Assembly (NCBI GenBank): GCA_964199315.1
Contig: OZ116700.1
Location: forward strand, 32,922,001-32,986,000
DNA: 64,000 bases
Origin: Orbicella franksi
Taxonomy: Eukaryota
Reading direction: 5' to 3'
Part shown: positions 36,761 to 48,404 of the stretch, piece after piece
Layout: each line of letters starts with the position of its first letter
Numbering within the stretch: position 1 is the stretch's first letter
The notes under the pieces: model-generated
Database searches by the model: none
What the model was told of the DNA's origin: nothing
What the model saw: the letters and a program-made list of their open reading frames with translations, nothing else
Position numbers and translations under genes: made by a program

Positions 36761-39700
36761 TCAATTCACCTTGCACTCGCTATTGATGTGTTCGTAGCCT
36801 GCGGGAGGGGCCAGATATATCACTTCTGACTGTCCTGAAGTTTCATTTGAAATGAGGTCATGAGACTCCTGCTGACTGTCACAGTTTTCAAAAGTTTCGA
36901 CATTTTCTACATGACCTCCTTGTGCAAAGTGAAAAGGTGCTCCAATCTTGCATGATATTTTTACCTCACCTTGACCAGCCACAATGATCGATTGTGGAAT
37001 TTCGACAGTTCTCTTCAGCAAGTACTGGCCTTCCTTCACTAAAACCACTTGATTCACTCCATCTCCAGGGTTCTTAACCTGTTGAAGAACACTGCATAGC
37101 TCAACTGAATTCTGAACAACTTGCATATGAAGATCGCCGTAGTGATGAATAACTTCAGGGACGTCCCGACCCGAGCTCAAGTGTTTAAACATTGCAGCCG
37201 TAGCTAGAGCTTGCCGTTTTCTGTCTAGCTCTGCCAAGCTTGCTGCCTTGAAGTAGTAGCCCAGCAACCAGACAGGGTCAGCTTTGATTGCAACTTCAGC
37301 ATCATTCAATGCAAGCTCCAACAATGACATACGCTCAGACAGAATTGCTTTCTTTTTCTCTGCACACTTCAAGTAGGTTGAGGCTCTGCTTGTGAGAATC
37401 TGTGGATCATTTGGACATGCATTCAGTGCTTCACTGTACAGAGATAGTGCCTCGTCCACATGGCCACGATTGAGACATCCTTTAGCTTTCTCTTTCAGCT
37501 TTGAGACTGCCTCAGTTGAGGGCGACAGTGTTATGTTTTCCATGTAGACAGTTTTATTAACCTTCAGTGGGATTCCTTGTAAGCAGGTAATCTGGGTTTC
37601 CCCAAGTCCAACCATCACTGTATTGTCCTGAAGTTTCAAAGGATTTGATAACTCGTATCTTCCCTCTTTCACGACAATCACTAGATTCCGAGTATCTCTT
37701 CTTTCGTTGGCGCGAAGAAGTTCCTGCACTGTTGCAACTATCTGTGCATTGCAGCTTCCAAAGCGATCCTCAACTGCTGGGATTTTGGCGCACTTTAACG
37801 GAAACAGATGATGGGCAACAGCGGCTGCAGCTAGTGACGGACCTCGCTCGCCAAGGTGAGCAAGACAGACAGCTTTCCAATAGTAACCCTTCATCCAAGA
37901 GGGATCCGCTTTTATTGCATCCTGAGAGGCCTCTAAAGCCCGTTCAAGAGACTTCTGCCTGTCTTTCGTATTCACTGACTTTTTGTCAGAAAGTTTCAAC
38001 CAAGTTGCTGCTTTGTTGCTAAGTAGCTTGGAATCATTTGGTAATAGGCACAAAGCACGTTCGTATACCTTTAGTGCAGAATCATACTGTTCCATGTTAA
38101 AGAATTCGTTTCCAAGGTCTTTGAGTCTTCTAGTAGTGTACAAATTGCTGTCACAAGGCGGTATGCCTTGATAGGGTTGTGTTGTTGCTCTTGGCTCGCA
38201 CTGTTTCGACAGTATTTTGCATCTTTCAGCTTCCTCTCCATTTCCTAAAAACCAATGCACTTCTGACAATCTCATGTAAGTAGTTCTTAGTCCTGGATGG
38301 TTCTCACCATAGAACTTTTTTCGAATATTCAATAAAATCTGGGCTACATTCAAGTAAAGCATATCCTTGCGCTCTTCATCAGTGGCTTTGGCTGGTTTGT
38401 TTGGTTTGGTTCCAAACCAGCAAAGCAGCAGAGCCTCTAAGACGTGAGCTGCGTGATCATCGCTACCATCGTCAATAATCAGTGCTTCACTAGGTTCCAT
38501 GCTGCCTTTAGTAACCCTGTTGTAAACATGAGGCCACCTTTCTTCCAGGATTTCGAGTAGCATACGCTCCGACCTCCGGTTATCAAAGTTGCTCAGTACC
38601 TTGAGAGCCTCACTCATTCCTCTAATGTAAAACTCAGACTGGCGTGGTTGCTTCTTGCTTATTTCTAACATTTCTTCGGCATATGATCGTGCTTGTTGTA
38701 CCTTTCCCTGGTTGTCAAGTAGAGAGGTGATAAACTGAAGGACTCGCAACAGTTCATGGTGATCTGAGGGGTAAATTTTCCTGGCAAGCGCGAGGGCCTT
38801 CTCATAACGATTTAAAACAGGTTGGAAATTACAAGCTGATACAAAATTCTCCGCTCTTCCTATACAAATCTGTAAATCTACAATGTAAGCATCACTTAAG
38901 TTTAAACTCTCAAGCTCCAACAACGCCTCGTAATTTTTCTTCCATTGCCCTTCTAAAGCGTAATAGGAAGCTCTGTGCTCAAGAACTCTGTACTTTATGT
39001 CTTCTTGTATACTGGCACCGGACTTCTCCAGATCACGCAGCTTCTTCACAGTTTCTTGGGCGAGGCTCTTAGCTTCTTCGTAACTCTCAGGGTCCGGGCA
39101 ATTTCGTTTATTGATACTTGCGTCAACCATCGTCCCGAGAAGACAATTTGGATCATCTTGAGTTTCTGGACGCATTTTTGAAATTTTCAGCTTAAAGTCT
39201 ACGAATTCAGCGTTTAGTCTATGAAAGAAAACATTGCCGTGAATTAAGCCAGGCACAAATGAGCACAACTGATCAAATGTATGATCCTTGTTAAGAACAT
39301 GGACGAAAGTTCCTTTTGATGAAACAATTTCTTCCTCAATATGAGATTTTAACTTGCGAAAATTTAACAAAAGAGTAATGAGAACATTTCTGTCTTCTTC
39401 CTTTGCTTCTGACAGGTTTCCCAAATTATTTTTTCTTAGCTTCGAACTAGGCTTTGTTCTTTTAAAGAATGCAAAATGAAGAACCCGTATCGTCGCAACC
39501 AATGTCTCTGTCCGCATTGAAGCATTAAGTCTGTCTCTGACCACTTCTTGAACGAGTTTATGAACTCCAAATACTTTACTCTTTTGGTCGACTGAGAAAA
39601 GGGAATAACAAGATAGTACTTTAAGGATGGCAGCAATGTCAATTTCAGAAGATGCACTCTCTCTCAATTCCACTTGTTCCAATTCAGGGAGGCCAGGGTT

Positions 39701-42058
39701 GATGACATCAATAGGAATATTGTCAGACTCTAAAAAGGCTGCAATATACATCATGGTGGCGGCAGCAGGCGATTTGTTTCGAACAAATTCAAAATTCATC
39801 AGCCAGGTTGTGTGCACCGATAGGCGATGGTGTGCCTCTATACCTGATGCCGTGGCTGGCTGTTGCTGCAAAAGACTTAGTTTGACAGCTCTGTACTTGT
39901 CAAGGTACGCTTTAAAGCTGCATGGAATAGGAAGGGCAGATATATAGGCGGCTGCTTGTTCAAGAGCTAATGGAAGAGCTCCCAGCTCATTCACCAGATT
40001 AATCGCTTCCTGGTCGAGGACTTTTCCTCTAACACCGGTCCTTTGCATTAGGTACGATGCGCCCTCTTCTTCACTGAAACATTGCAGCTCCAGGCAGTCA
40101 TCCGTTGAGAGTTTCAAGAACGTTTTCGTCTCTTTCACAGTTTGCCTTGTAGTTAGCAGTATGTGTCCATGCTTGGATACGCTGCCATTTTGTTGCCAAG
40201 GCCCTTTACATATCTTCTTCACGCCTGTAGGACATGTTTTATCTTCCAGTTCGTCTGCATTATCCACTACAAGAAGCCATGGATGTTTCTTCTTGGATAA
40301 AAAGGCTGAAAATCTATTCAGGGTGTCGTCGACTTTCTCACTTGTCGTGGCGCTAATATTCAGAAGAACAAGGTTCTCTACAACTGATATATTGATGTTT
40401 TCATCACTTTCACCGTTGATCCAGAACACGCCACCTGGGAAGCGATTCTTACATTTCCAAGCGAATTCTACCGCCAGAGAAGTCTTGCCACATCCTCCAA
40501 GCCCACATATGGTTTTAGTACAACAGGACGCCCCTGGACAATTCTCACCACTATGACGTGGGGTTAGACTTTCTTCTAACCATGCCAAGGCTGAATCGCG
40601 GCCAGTGAAAGCAGTCAGCCTGCTCGGTGTGGTGAACAGTACGTCATTGTCATCCGCGCCGTTCAGTCCCTGCATGGGTGTCGCTTTTAACGTTTCTACT
40701 TCTTCCTTGACTTCCAGGACATCCTTCTGTAAACCTGAAATTGTGGTTTTGTTTGTAGCCACTTCGTTAGCCACTCCTTGTACTTGATAATTCACGTTTG
40801 AGAGGTTGAGTTCTAAGTTTGATACTTGAGATTTTGTAGTAGCTAGTTCCATATCAACGTTCCGCACTTTACTTTTCAAGTATTCCACATCTTCACTGAT
40901 AAGGCCACAGACTTCTTTCAGATCATCTCGCTCACTGAGCAGAATATTGAAATCTTCAACAGTATTTAAGATTGTGGATATTTTCTCATTGAGGTCTGCT
41001 TCAACTTCTTTTACTTCGGTATCCAGTTGTCGTGTTAGCGTAGCAATCTTTTCTCTGCTCAAGTTCCCTTCTTCTTTCGCGGATTCGTGAATCTTCTTCA
41101 TCCCTGCATCTAGCTGAGCAACTTTGTCTTCAACGTCGGATAAATCTTCCTGGCACTTTGCCACCTCTTTCCTTGCAGTGTGCACCTCTGTTCTTAGATG
41201 TTCCTTTAGCTTGACAGTCTCTTCTCTGTTCAAGTCACCTTGCTCTTTTACTGCAAGTACATCTCTGTGGATCTCGCCTACCCTCTTTGTCTCCGCATCA
41301 AGTAGAGCAACTTTACCTTGAACGTCATCTAAATCATCTCGGCACTTGGTCAAGTCTGCTTCCAGTGACTGACGAAGTAGGTGAAGAGCCTCGACTTCAG
41401 AATCCCTGACGTTTACCGCACCGTGATGAAACAAGTCTTGTAAATCTTTGGACGATTTCTGGGCGTCTTTGTCAGAGCTGAAGACTGGGTCGTTTAGCAG
41501 GCTATTAAGGTGACCAAATATGGTGTTTACATCTGCATCTTGAAGTTGTTGCTTTGGAGCATGCGCCCAGTGATTCCTGCACTGGTCTCGTGCCGAAGTC
41601 AAAACCGTCCGACTGACTGGAGGGTGGATAAAAGGACACCACTCTAACAGGTTCAACAGGCCACCAATATCTGTGGTCTCCGCGTCAATGACATGTGTTT
41701 TTCGCGTTCCAAGAGTTGGCATAAAGATTTTTGCTATCTCCCACGCCCCAGCTGGAGAACCCCATTGATTTCTGTCACTGTTATCCCAGCAAATCTTTGG
41801 TCGCCTGGACATGTGATGACGCTTCAGTTCCATCTCCCACTTGACGCAAGTGCCACACTTTGGAGAACCAGCCGCACAAGTACATGGAGAAAGTGATTGC
41901 AGAGGCGGACTGGAAATAAGGGACTGGTACCAAGCCTCCATTTTCCCTTGGATTAGTGGTGCAATTCCATTTTTGGCTATGTTCAGGGCACATCCAACCA
42001 TCACCCAGTTTTTGTGTTCTTTTTCGTCAAGGGCCGCTACCCAACTTGTAGTCATCAT
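36761..42058 (-). CDS. NLR-like STAND NTPase copy 3, intact, 1765 aa: CXorf38/DUF4559-like (HEPN-type RNHWAH), coiled coil, NB-ARC, TPRs and two [TPR+beta-helix-cap-like] modules
   Basis: Uninterrupted single-exon ORF. Walker A GLGGCGKT (40481-40504), Walker B WLLVVDNADE, HILLTTR, GALPLALEQAAAYI. N-terminal KNW..G..L, WEIAKIFMP, D..GLLNL and RNHWAH match the CXorf38-family pattern from recall. TPR consensus (KDLGNEFF...AL..Y..AL...P). Splice acceptor TTTTAG ~20 nt upstream of the ATG. Confidence 0.93.
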   Translation of the reverse strand: MMTTSWVAALDEKEHKNWVMVGCALNIAKNGIAPLIQGKMEAWYQSLISSPPLQSLSPCTCAAGSPKCGTCVKWEMELKRHHMSRRPKICWDNSDRNQWGSPAGAWEIAKIFMPTLGTRKTHVIDAETTDIGGLLNLLEWCPFIHPPVSRTVLTSARDQCRNHWAHAPKQQLQDADVNTIFGHLNSLLNDPVFSSDKDAQKSSKDLQDLFHHGAVNVRDSEVEALHLLRQSLEADLTKCRDDLDDVQGKVALLDAETKRVGEIHRDVLAVKEQGDLNREETVKLKEHLRTEVHTARKEVAKCQEDLSDVEDKVAQLDAGMKKIHESAKEEGNLSREKIATLTRQLDTEVKEVEADLNEKISTILNTVEDFNILLSERDDLKEVCGLISEDVEYLKSKVRNVDMELATTKSQVSNLELNLSNVNYQVQGVANEVATNKTTISGLQKDVLEVKEEVETLKATPMQGLNGADDNDVLFTTPSRLTAFTGRDSALAWLEESLTPRHSGENCPGASCCTKTICGLGGCGKTSLAVEFAWKCKNRFPGGVFWINGESDENINISVVENLVLLNISATTSEKVDDTLNRFSAFLSKKKHPWLLVVDNADELEDKTCPTGVKKICKGPWQQNGSVSKHGHILLTTRQTVKETKTFLKLSTDDCLELQCFSEEEGASYLMQRTGVRGKVLDQEAINLVNELGALPLALEQAAAYISALPIPCSFKAYLDKYRAVKLSLLQQQPATASGIEAHHRLSVHTTWLMNFEFVRNKSPAAATMMYIAAFLESDNIPIDVINPGLPELEQVELRESASSEIDIAAILKVLSCYSLFSVDQKSKVFGVHKLVQEVVRDRLNASMRTETLVATIRVLHFAFFKRTKPSSKLRKNNLGNLSEAKEEDRNVLITLLLNFRKLKSHIEEEIVSSKGTFVHVLNKDHTFDQLCSFVPGLIHGNVFFHRLNAEFVDFKLKISKMRPETQDDPNCLLGTMVDASINKRNCPDPESYEEAKSLAQETVKKLRDLEKSGASIQEDIKYRVLEHRASYYALEGQWKKNYEALLELESLNLSDAYIVDLQICIGRAENFVSACNFQPVLNRYEKALALARKIYPSDHHELLRVLQFITSLLDNQGKVQQARSYAEEMLEISKKQPRQSEFYIRGMSEALKVLSNFDNRRSERMLLEILEERWPHVYNRVTKGSMEPSEALIIDDGSDDHAAHVLEALLLCWFGTKPNKPAKATDEERKDMLYLNVAQILLNIRKKFYGENHPGLRTTYMRLSEVHWFLGNGEEAERCKILSKQCEPRATTQPYQGIPPCDSNLYTTRRLKDLGNEFFNMEQYDSALKVYERALCLLPNDSKLLSNKAATWLKLSDKKSVNTKDRQKSLERALEASQDAIKADPSWMKGYYWKAVCLAHLGERGPSLAAAAVAHHLFPLKCAKIPAVEDRFGSCNAQIVATVQELLRANERRDTRNLVIVVKEGRYELSNPLKLQDNTVMVGLGETQITCLQGIPLKVNKTVYMENITLSPSTEAVSKLKEKAKGCLNRGHVDEALSLYSEALNACPNDPQILTSRASTYLKCAEKKKAILSERMSLLELALNDAEVAIKADPVWLLGYYFKAASLAELDRKRQALATAAMFKHLSSGRDVPEVIHHYGDLHMQVVQNSVELCSVLQQVKNPGDGVNQVVLVKEGQYLLKRTVEIPQSIIVAGQGEVKISCKIGAPFHFAQGGHVENVETFENCDSQQESHDLISNETSGQSEVIYLAPPAGYEHINSECKVN

Positions 42059-43802
42059 CCTGCTTCTTCTTTGTAAGACTAAAATTTCAAATTTGAGTCA
42101 AATTAATGTGGAAATGATAAGCATGACCCTTCAAGATGCGATCGTCCAGTGAGAAGGAAGGGGGGGGGGGGGCGAGAGAGAAAAGGCCAAAGTGAAAATG
42201 CACAAAACCCACAAGGTCCAATGTATAGTGCAAGGAAGTTTTCCTGAGCTGAATATGGCAACATTTTACCTCATATAAGAATTTTGTCTTATGATCTAGA
42301 CTCATTTAGTGTGCGAAATGAAATTCAAACATTCGTTCTCTTCCCATCCCTTCTTAAAGTGTGATATATTTTCACAAAACTGTTTTGTGAATAGCAATAT
42401 TTTGTCGCGGTCAGCAGAGCGGCAAGGTCTTTTTCATTAAGCGACTCAGCTGTAATGAAGAAAATTTAAAAACAACTATCCGGGAGGCGTTTGGCGCTAA
42501 CTCGAGCTGCGATTCTCAAGAAAAACCTTTTATTAATTAATCAAAATAAAGGTATCAGAATGACTAACTGACAAATCTGATCAACGATGTTAGTCAAAGA
42601 AGTGCAGTTTCTAATTTTCATGTTAATTTTATGCGGCTCAACTTTTGTTCACTGGAGCAAACCGTCGACTAGTAAACGTCATTAAGAGTGATAAAAATAA
42701 CCCTGCTTTCGTACAGCTCAAATTGCAAAAAGAAATACATACAAAGGTAAAGATATGCACAGTCCTAACTGCTGATACGAAGTTCTATCGGCTTTGGTGC
42801 ATTATACTTACCATAAACTGAACAAATGAAAGTATTTCTATACACGTCAAACCCACGCTTTGGAACAGTTTTGTGTTCAGGCAGCATGACTTGTCAATCA
42901 AATCTTTTTCACCATAAAACAACTAACATTCTGCGGCTTCGTACGTAAAGCTTCGACTTGGAAGTTTTAACTTCTAATGTCTTTTAACTTTTGTAAGTGG
43001 TATCAATCGGCAATAGTTAAAAGTATCAGCAACCACGGGTGTTGCCATTTTGAAACTGTTAAGTTCACAGCATGGACTTTACGACTAATGACAACACACT
43101 TCATTATGGATGCAACGATCGACACATTAACATGCCAAGTTATCAGAATTCATAGAACACATGAACTAAGTGCCTGGTATCCTATAACTCGGTTAAAGAA
43201 TTCTCAGATCTTAACAGAACGAACCATAACAGTTTATGAAACGATTTTAGAAGGACTGACTTGCATTGAGTAAGAAAGTCGCGAAAAGATTCCGTGAATG
43301 CCAGTAATGCGCAGACTGAATGACTGAGCCGATGGCTAATTATGAAAGGACTGTGATACACGAATCCTAAAAGACTAAAGAGTGTTTGAGTATAAATAAG
43401 TTGCTAGAACCCGAGCCTATGAAAGTACTTATCATTTATCAGTGTGTGTATGCACAATCTTTGATCAAAGATGTTCTTTGCTTAGATGTTCATTTCGAGG
43501 GGCGGTGAAACTAACATGCCACAGATTTCACCGAATCATTCGCGAATTCTGTAGTTCTCGTCACTGATAACACATAAGAAATATCAACTATCTTGTGCAC
43601 GCACTTTTAAGAATGAAATTTTCAATGAACAATACTTACATCTTACATTCCTTGCAGGTTACCAGATTTAAACATCAGAGAGCCGAGATGTTCGTTTCCA
43701 TCGCGAAAACCCTGTTTATTTCAGCACATTTTCATATGTTAGTGTCCAAGCTCCCCGCCATTTTGAAAAACGTACGAGAAAGCGTTCGAGAAAGCATGGC
43801 AC

Positions 43803-44000
43803 TATTCTCGTCCCCAGAGTCGCTTGTCATTCTTAGCCGGCGGGGCCTCGGCACAAGGAAAAGGTGACTCTGGAGACACATATAGGCTAACTTCTTGGAC
43901 TAAGATTTTCACTAACTGGACACTGGTTTCATTTCCGAAAATATCGACCGGTCGATCTCTCCATTCGGTTTATAGAGACAGGAGGCTCTGGTGACGAGAA
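43803..44000. repeat. Short MITE-like element
   Basis: Imperfect TIR TTCTCGTCCCCAGAG / CTCTGGTGACGAGAA; no clear TSD. Confidence 0.45.
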
Positions 44001-45039
44001 ACTGACAGGGTGTTTTCCTTTGTGCCAGACCGACCAGAGACCAGTGTAATTAACCAAGTAAAATGGAATGTCATTTTCGGTGAAACCTGGTCAACTGAAA
44101 GGAATGACTCTTACCATTTTCTGTTCGTTTCCCCAATCCCTCACATAAATGAAAATCTACTGAAGAGAATTAGGGCTATGAACTGATTTGTCAAAATGGA
44201 ACGACAAATTTCGGTCGGACCGACCCAAAACGGACCTTCCATTTAACTTTCTACCAAAATTTCCGGAATTTTTGGCACAATGGAAAGCACGCGCGCCCAC
44301 AGACTCCAACACACGCAAGATCCACGTAGAGATATCATGGGTTAGCACTTTTTTTATTATGTCAAATCTTCAAGGCTTACAAAAGAGTTCAAAATTAAAG
44401 CAGTAAAAAACCAAACACTTGATGTATACACTATAGCTTCTGTTTCCTATTTAATGTTCATTTATTTCTTGCTGTTATTACTTTGATTACAAAAGGCTAG
44501 ACCATTTTAACGTTTGCTCTTCGCCAAACGATTACTTAGTCATGCACGTTTAACGATCGATTGATTGTTAGCCACCAAGAGCTAGGTTCAAAATTTCAAG
44601 AACAAAAGTCTTTAAAGAGCTTACTTCTGTTACTTTATATAATTGTAATTAAGCGTGTTAAAGCGATAAATGGTTTTCCACATGCTTCTTGGAGACTATT
44701 CTGCTAGGTTTCGGTTTCATCTGCAGATTCAAAGAGAGATGTGTGTAAATAACGCCACAATTTCCAAGTAACACAACCAATTTATCATATGAACGTAGCA
44801 TCTGAAGTAACCTACGAAATAAAGTCACTATGTGTAACAGGCTGGGAAAGAAATAACAAAGTTATGTAAACCAGCCAATGCTAGTTTTGTCACTTGCTAA
44901 AGAAAAGTAACAACACTGGACCAGTCTAAAAAAGTTATTTGTCCTAAAGAAACTGCTTTTAGGAAGACGAGCTCGAGATGCGATAGTCAGCCCCTCTAAC
45001 AAACAACCATTTATTATAACAAGTCTCTCCACTTTCCCT

Positions 45040-45090
45040 TCCTCCGTCTCTCCCTCTCTCTCTCCCTCCCTCCCTCCCTCTCTCCCTTCC
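45040..45090. repeat. (CTCC)n/(CT)n simple repeat
   Basis: Direct reading of the sequence. Confidence 0.8.
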
Positions 45091-45274
45091 TACCCACCGT
45101 CCTCCCCTCCAGGACAACAGTGCTGAATTTAACTCCAAGTTAATAGAAGACAGAGTTATTTTCGCGTGTCTTCCGTTTTCGGTCAAGATCTCTGACACTC
45201 TTGATACCCAACGTCTTCCAAAATCCCTCACAAGCTGGTCTAACTCACCTTGTATCGTGTGACGCTCCGGCAAG

Positions 45275-47494
45275 TCACCTTGGACACAGCGATGTAATCA
45301 ATTCCTGTATAACAAGTTTCAATTCCTCAAACTCCTCTATTCTGAACACATTGTCTGCGGAGCCAGAGGCGATAGTGGTCAGTTCACCTTTATCTGTATC
45401 ACTTCCTACTCCAATGGCTAGCGTCTTGATTCCTCTCTTCTCCAGTTGCCGCGTGTAACTAGTCAAATCGTCGCCGTCCGTGTTTGTCCCATCCGTGAAG
45501 AAAACGAACACTTTTGGCACCTATGAATAAAAGGAAACCAGTGGCGTGACACTTGCGTGTACTCGGTGCAAAAAGTGTCACGCGTAAAGCTGGCAGGACA
45601 CAAATGGAGGTAATGCCGCTTAGCAACGGCGGTGCGGAATATCGCGGGCTCAGAAAATTTAACAATTTGCGAGTCATGTAATTTAGTCTGTAACTTTAAG
45701 TTGCAGTGTTAAGATGTAGGATTTACCATTTACATCCAATGATAAAAGTTTTCCAACTGCGGAAAGCATTATTTTAGTTTAAGCATTATTTAAGTTCTCT
45801 TAGAATCAAACACAATTTTGTACATTAGGAAATAAATGATTTAATCTATCATGACACATTCATTTAAACACGTTAATTTTAGTCTACAGGACCGGGTTGT
45901 TCGAAAACCGGTTAACTTTAACCCAGGTCTAAAAGTTAACCGAAGTATTCATCTCTTTTCTAAAAATGTATTTAACTCCTTATGTTTTGTGTAGTTTGTG
46001 ATTATTCAGACTCAGAACAGAAGGACACAAAATGTTAACAGAAAACCTCATCGAAAAGTTACAAAACTGAAATCAAACTTCTCGCCAATCCTGGGTTAGC
46101 TTAATCGGGCTTTGAACAACTCGTACTCTGAATCAGCCTTACCTCATCTCTCATTTCATATCTTTTGGAAAACAACGAGAGTGTCTTCTTCAGACCTATT
46201 CCGATATTAGTAGCTGCACCACTGGACTGTTTTAAGTCTTCCACGTACTCAAGAAGTTCGTCTGTATCATAAAAATCATTAAATCCAACTCTAATGTTCG
46301 CCCTTGCAGCGTACTCGAGCAGACCCACATGGGTCCCAGACTGCGAGACATAAAACATCCTGATGATGTCCTTGACAAAGTCCTTTGTCAGGCGGTACTC
46401 ATTAGCGTCTATTGAATTGGAGCCATCCAGCGCAAATCCCAGGTCAACCACAGTATCGTTGCCACAACCTAACAGGATGAAAATCATAGGGATCTCAGTT
46501 ATTGTTAAATCTTTTAGATGATTTCTCTACTACTTTTATATTTTTTTCACTTTAGACTTCGACTAAATGTTGTAACCATCGCTATTTTGATTCGTAATCA
46601 TTTTTACCACTTAACGTGTATTTATATACTTCCATTGAAGGTTTTATTTTTCGATTTTATCTTATTATTTCGTGGCGAACCTGGAAACTTAAATATATCG
46701 GCTTTCACAAAGTTGTAAAATTAAAGTAGAAGGTTTACAAATCGGTATTTTGCGGTATATCAGGACGTATATATGAACATTGTTTTTATTTGTTCCTATG
46801 CGCTTCTATTTCCAGCCCAATTTTTAACCCTCTTTAACTTCCCTTTTGCACAGTTCAGTACTTACTTTCAGTCTCACACTGTGGTCCTGTGAAACCCAGT
46901 TTACATTCACAGCGGAAATCATTCAGCCTCGACACGCACTGACCGCCATTTTGACATTTCAAGTCCTTGCAGCCACATTTTTTCACATTTTTGAACACTC
47001 TTGTGACATCCTCCTTCTCTGAGAACGTCAGGTCCAGCGGTCTCTCTCGTAAGTCTTCGTATTCGGATTCGACATCCCGGATGCACCCTTTGAAGCTGTT
47101 TCTCGTTCTAGTCCTCTGAAAGCTAAACAAAGAAAATTGACGCGTTTTATTGCCGTTTCTTTCATCCTCACGAACGAAGAAAAAGGTAAGATAAACTATA
47201 TTATAACACCCATGGATTGCTGGATGCAGATGGTTCGTCCGACTTGGTTCCGACGCTTGACTGAGAATGGTTTTTTGTATCTTGATCTAACAAGGAACGA
47301 CCCCTCCACTTCCTCGAAACTTTTCCATGAAAAATATTGTTTTGTCGAATTAAAGTGGTGAAGCAAGTTACTGCACATCTTTACTGTTGGCAAAAAGGTA
47401 AATTAAGCAAACAAACGGTTATATACATCTTAGTCGATTTGATTGTGGAAAACAGCAATCGTCAACAGGCTTCGAACTTGCAAGACTAATAGAC

Positions 47495-47528
<34 letters not shown>

Positions 47529-48361
47529 TCTTTACGGAGGAAGCTCACGTCACATTGCATGGTTTTCAGAGAGGTCCTCAGTAACTAAGGTAAGAGTACA
47601 AAATTAAAAACTAATCACAATCAAATCCAAGTACTAATAAACATGGATAAATGGAAAATCGCTTTTAAAATTTAAATCTATCAAGTAACGATATTTAATT
47701 AACCTTTAGAAAACCTCAAACTGCAACCAATGAACAACTTACATCTGATCGCGCAAACAGGCCGCAAAAATATACGAAATAGCCCTTTTCACGGTTAACG
47801 TTTTTCACTTTCATTGCAACGCAATCCGACGTGGAAGCGAGGCAATTTCGGGCGGAAACTACGAAATTGCCCGAAATTGCCTCACATGCATGCTGGATAA
47901 TATTACAAAGTTAACCGTGAAAAGGGTTTTTAAAACTGTCTAGTTCTTTCACTTGATTACTTACATTCTGTCTTCAAGAATATTTGTCGCTCCACCCAGG
48001 TACACCTTGCTTTGTCCTAAATCCAGATTTACCCACTTTCCCGAAGCCACAGCCGTGAAGCTGTTCTTGAAGTCCACAATCAGTGTCCCTCGTAATCCTT
48101 CACGGATGATCTCGACGTGATGCCATTGTTCAAGTTGCAAAGTGAAATCTGTAGATATTTTTGTGACGCCTTGTCCAAGATTGAATCTACATTTCAAAAA
48201 GCACAAAAAGCAAATTTTATCAATCAAATTACATCCACTTGTAATTGGTAAAGATTACTTAACCGTCACATCGATGTCGCAAAACTAACGTTCAGAACAT
48301 CAACGTTTTGTTAAAGTAAATTGAAAGACTTTGGGTAGCACGTCTTGAAAGTACAATTTAA

Positions 48362-48404
<43 letters not shown>

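Larger units (their letters stand above)
1..42110. repeat. Tandem segmental duplication, unit ~13.4 kb, containing the NLR-like gene
   Basis: 1-5666 matches 23648-27637 plus 32251-33906, and 15931-24100 matches ~33907-42110. ATG1 to ATG2 is 23,647 bp; minus the 10,264-bp DNA-transposon insertion this is 13,383. Stop2 to stop3 is 17,981 bp; minus the 4,613-bp Gypsy insertion this is 13,368. The ORF track shows duplicated peptides. Confidence 0.95.

Noticed and set aside
1-42110. Whole array as an uncollapsed-haplotype assembly artefact
   Set aside because: Three collinear gene copies, distinct TE insertions with proper TSDs and a divergent N-terminus and upstream region in copy 3 favour real tandem paralogues. 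Only long reads spanning the units can fully exclude an artefact.
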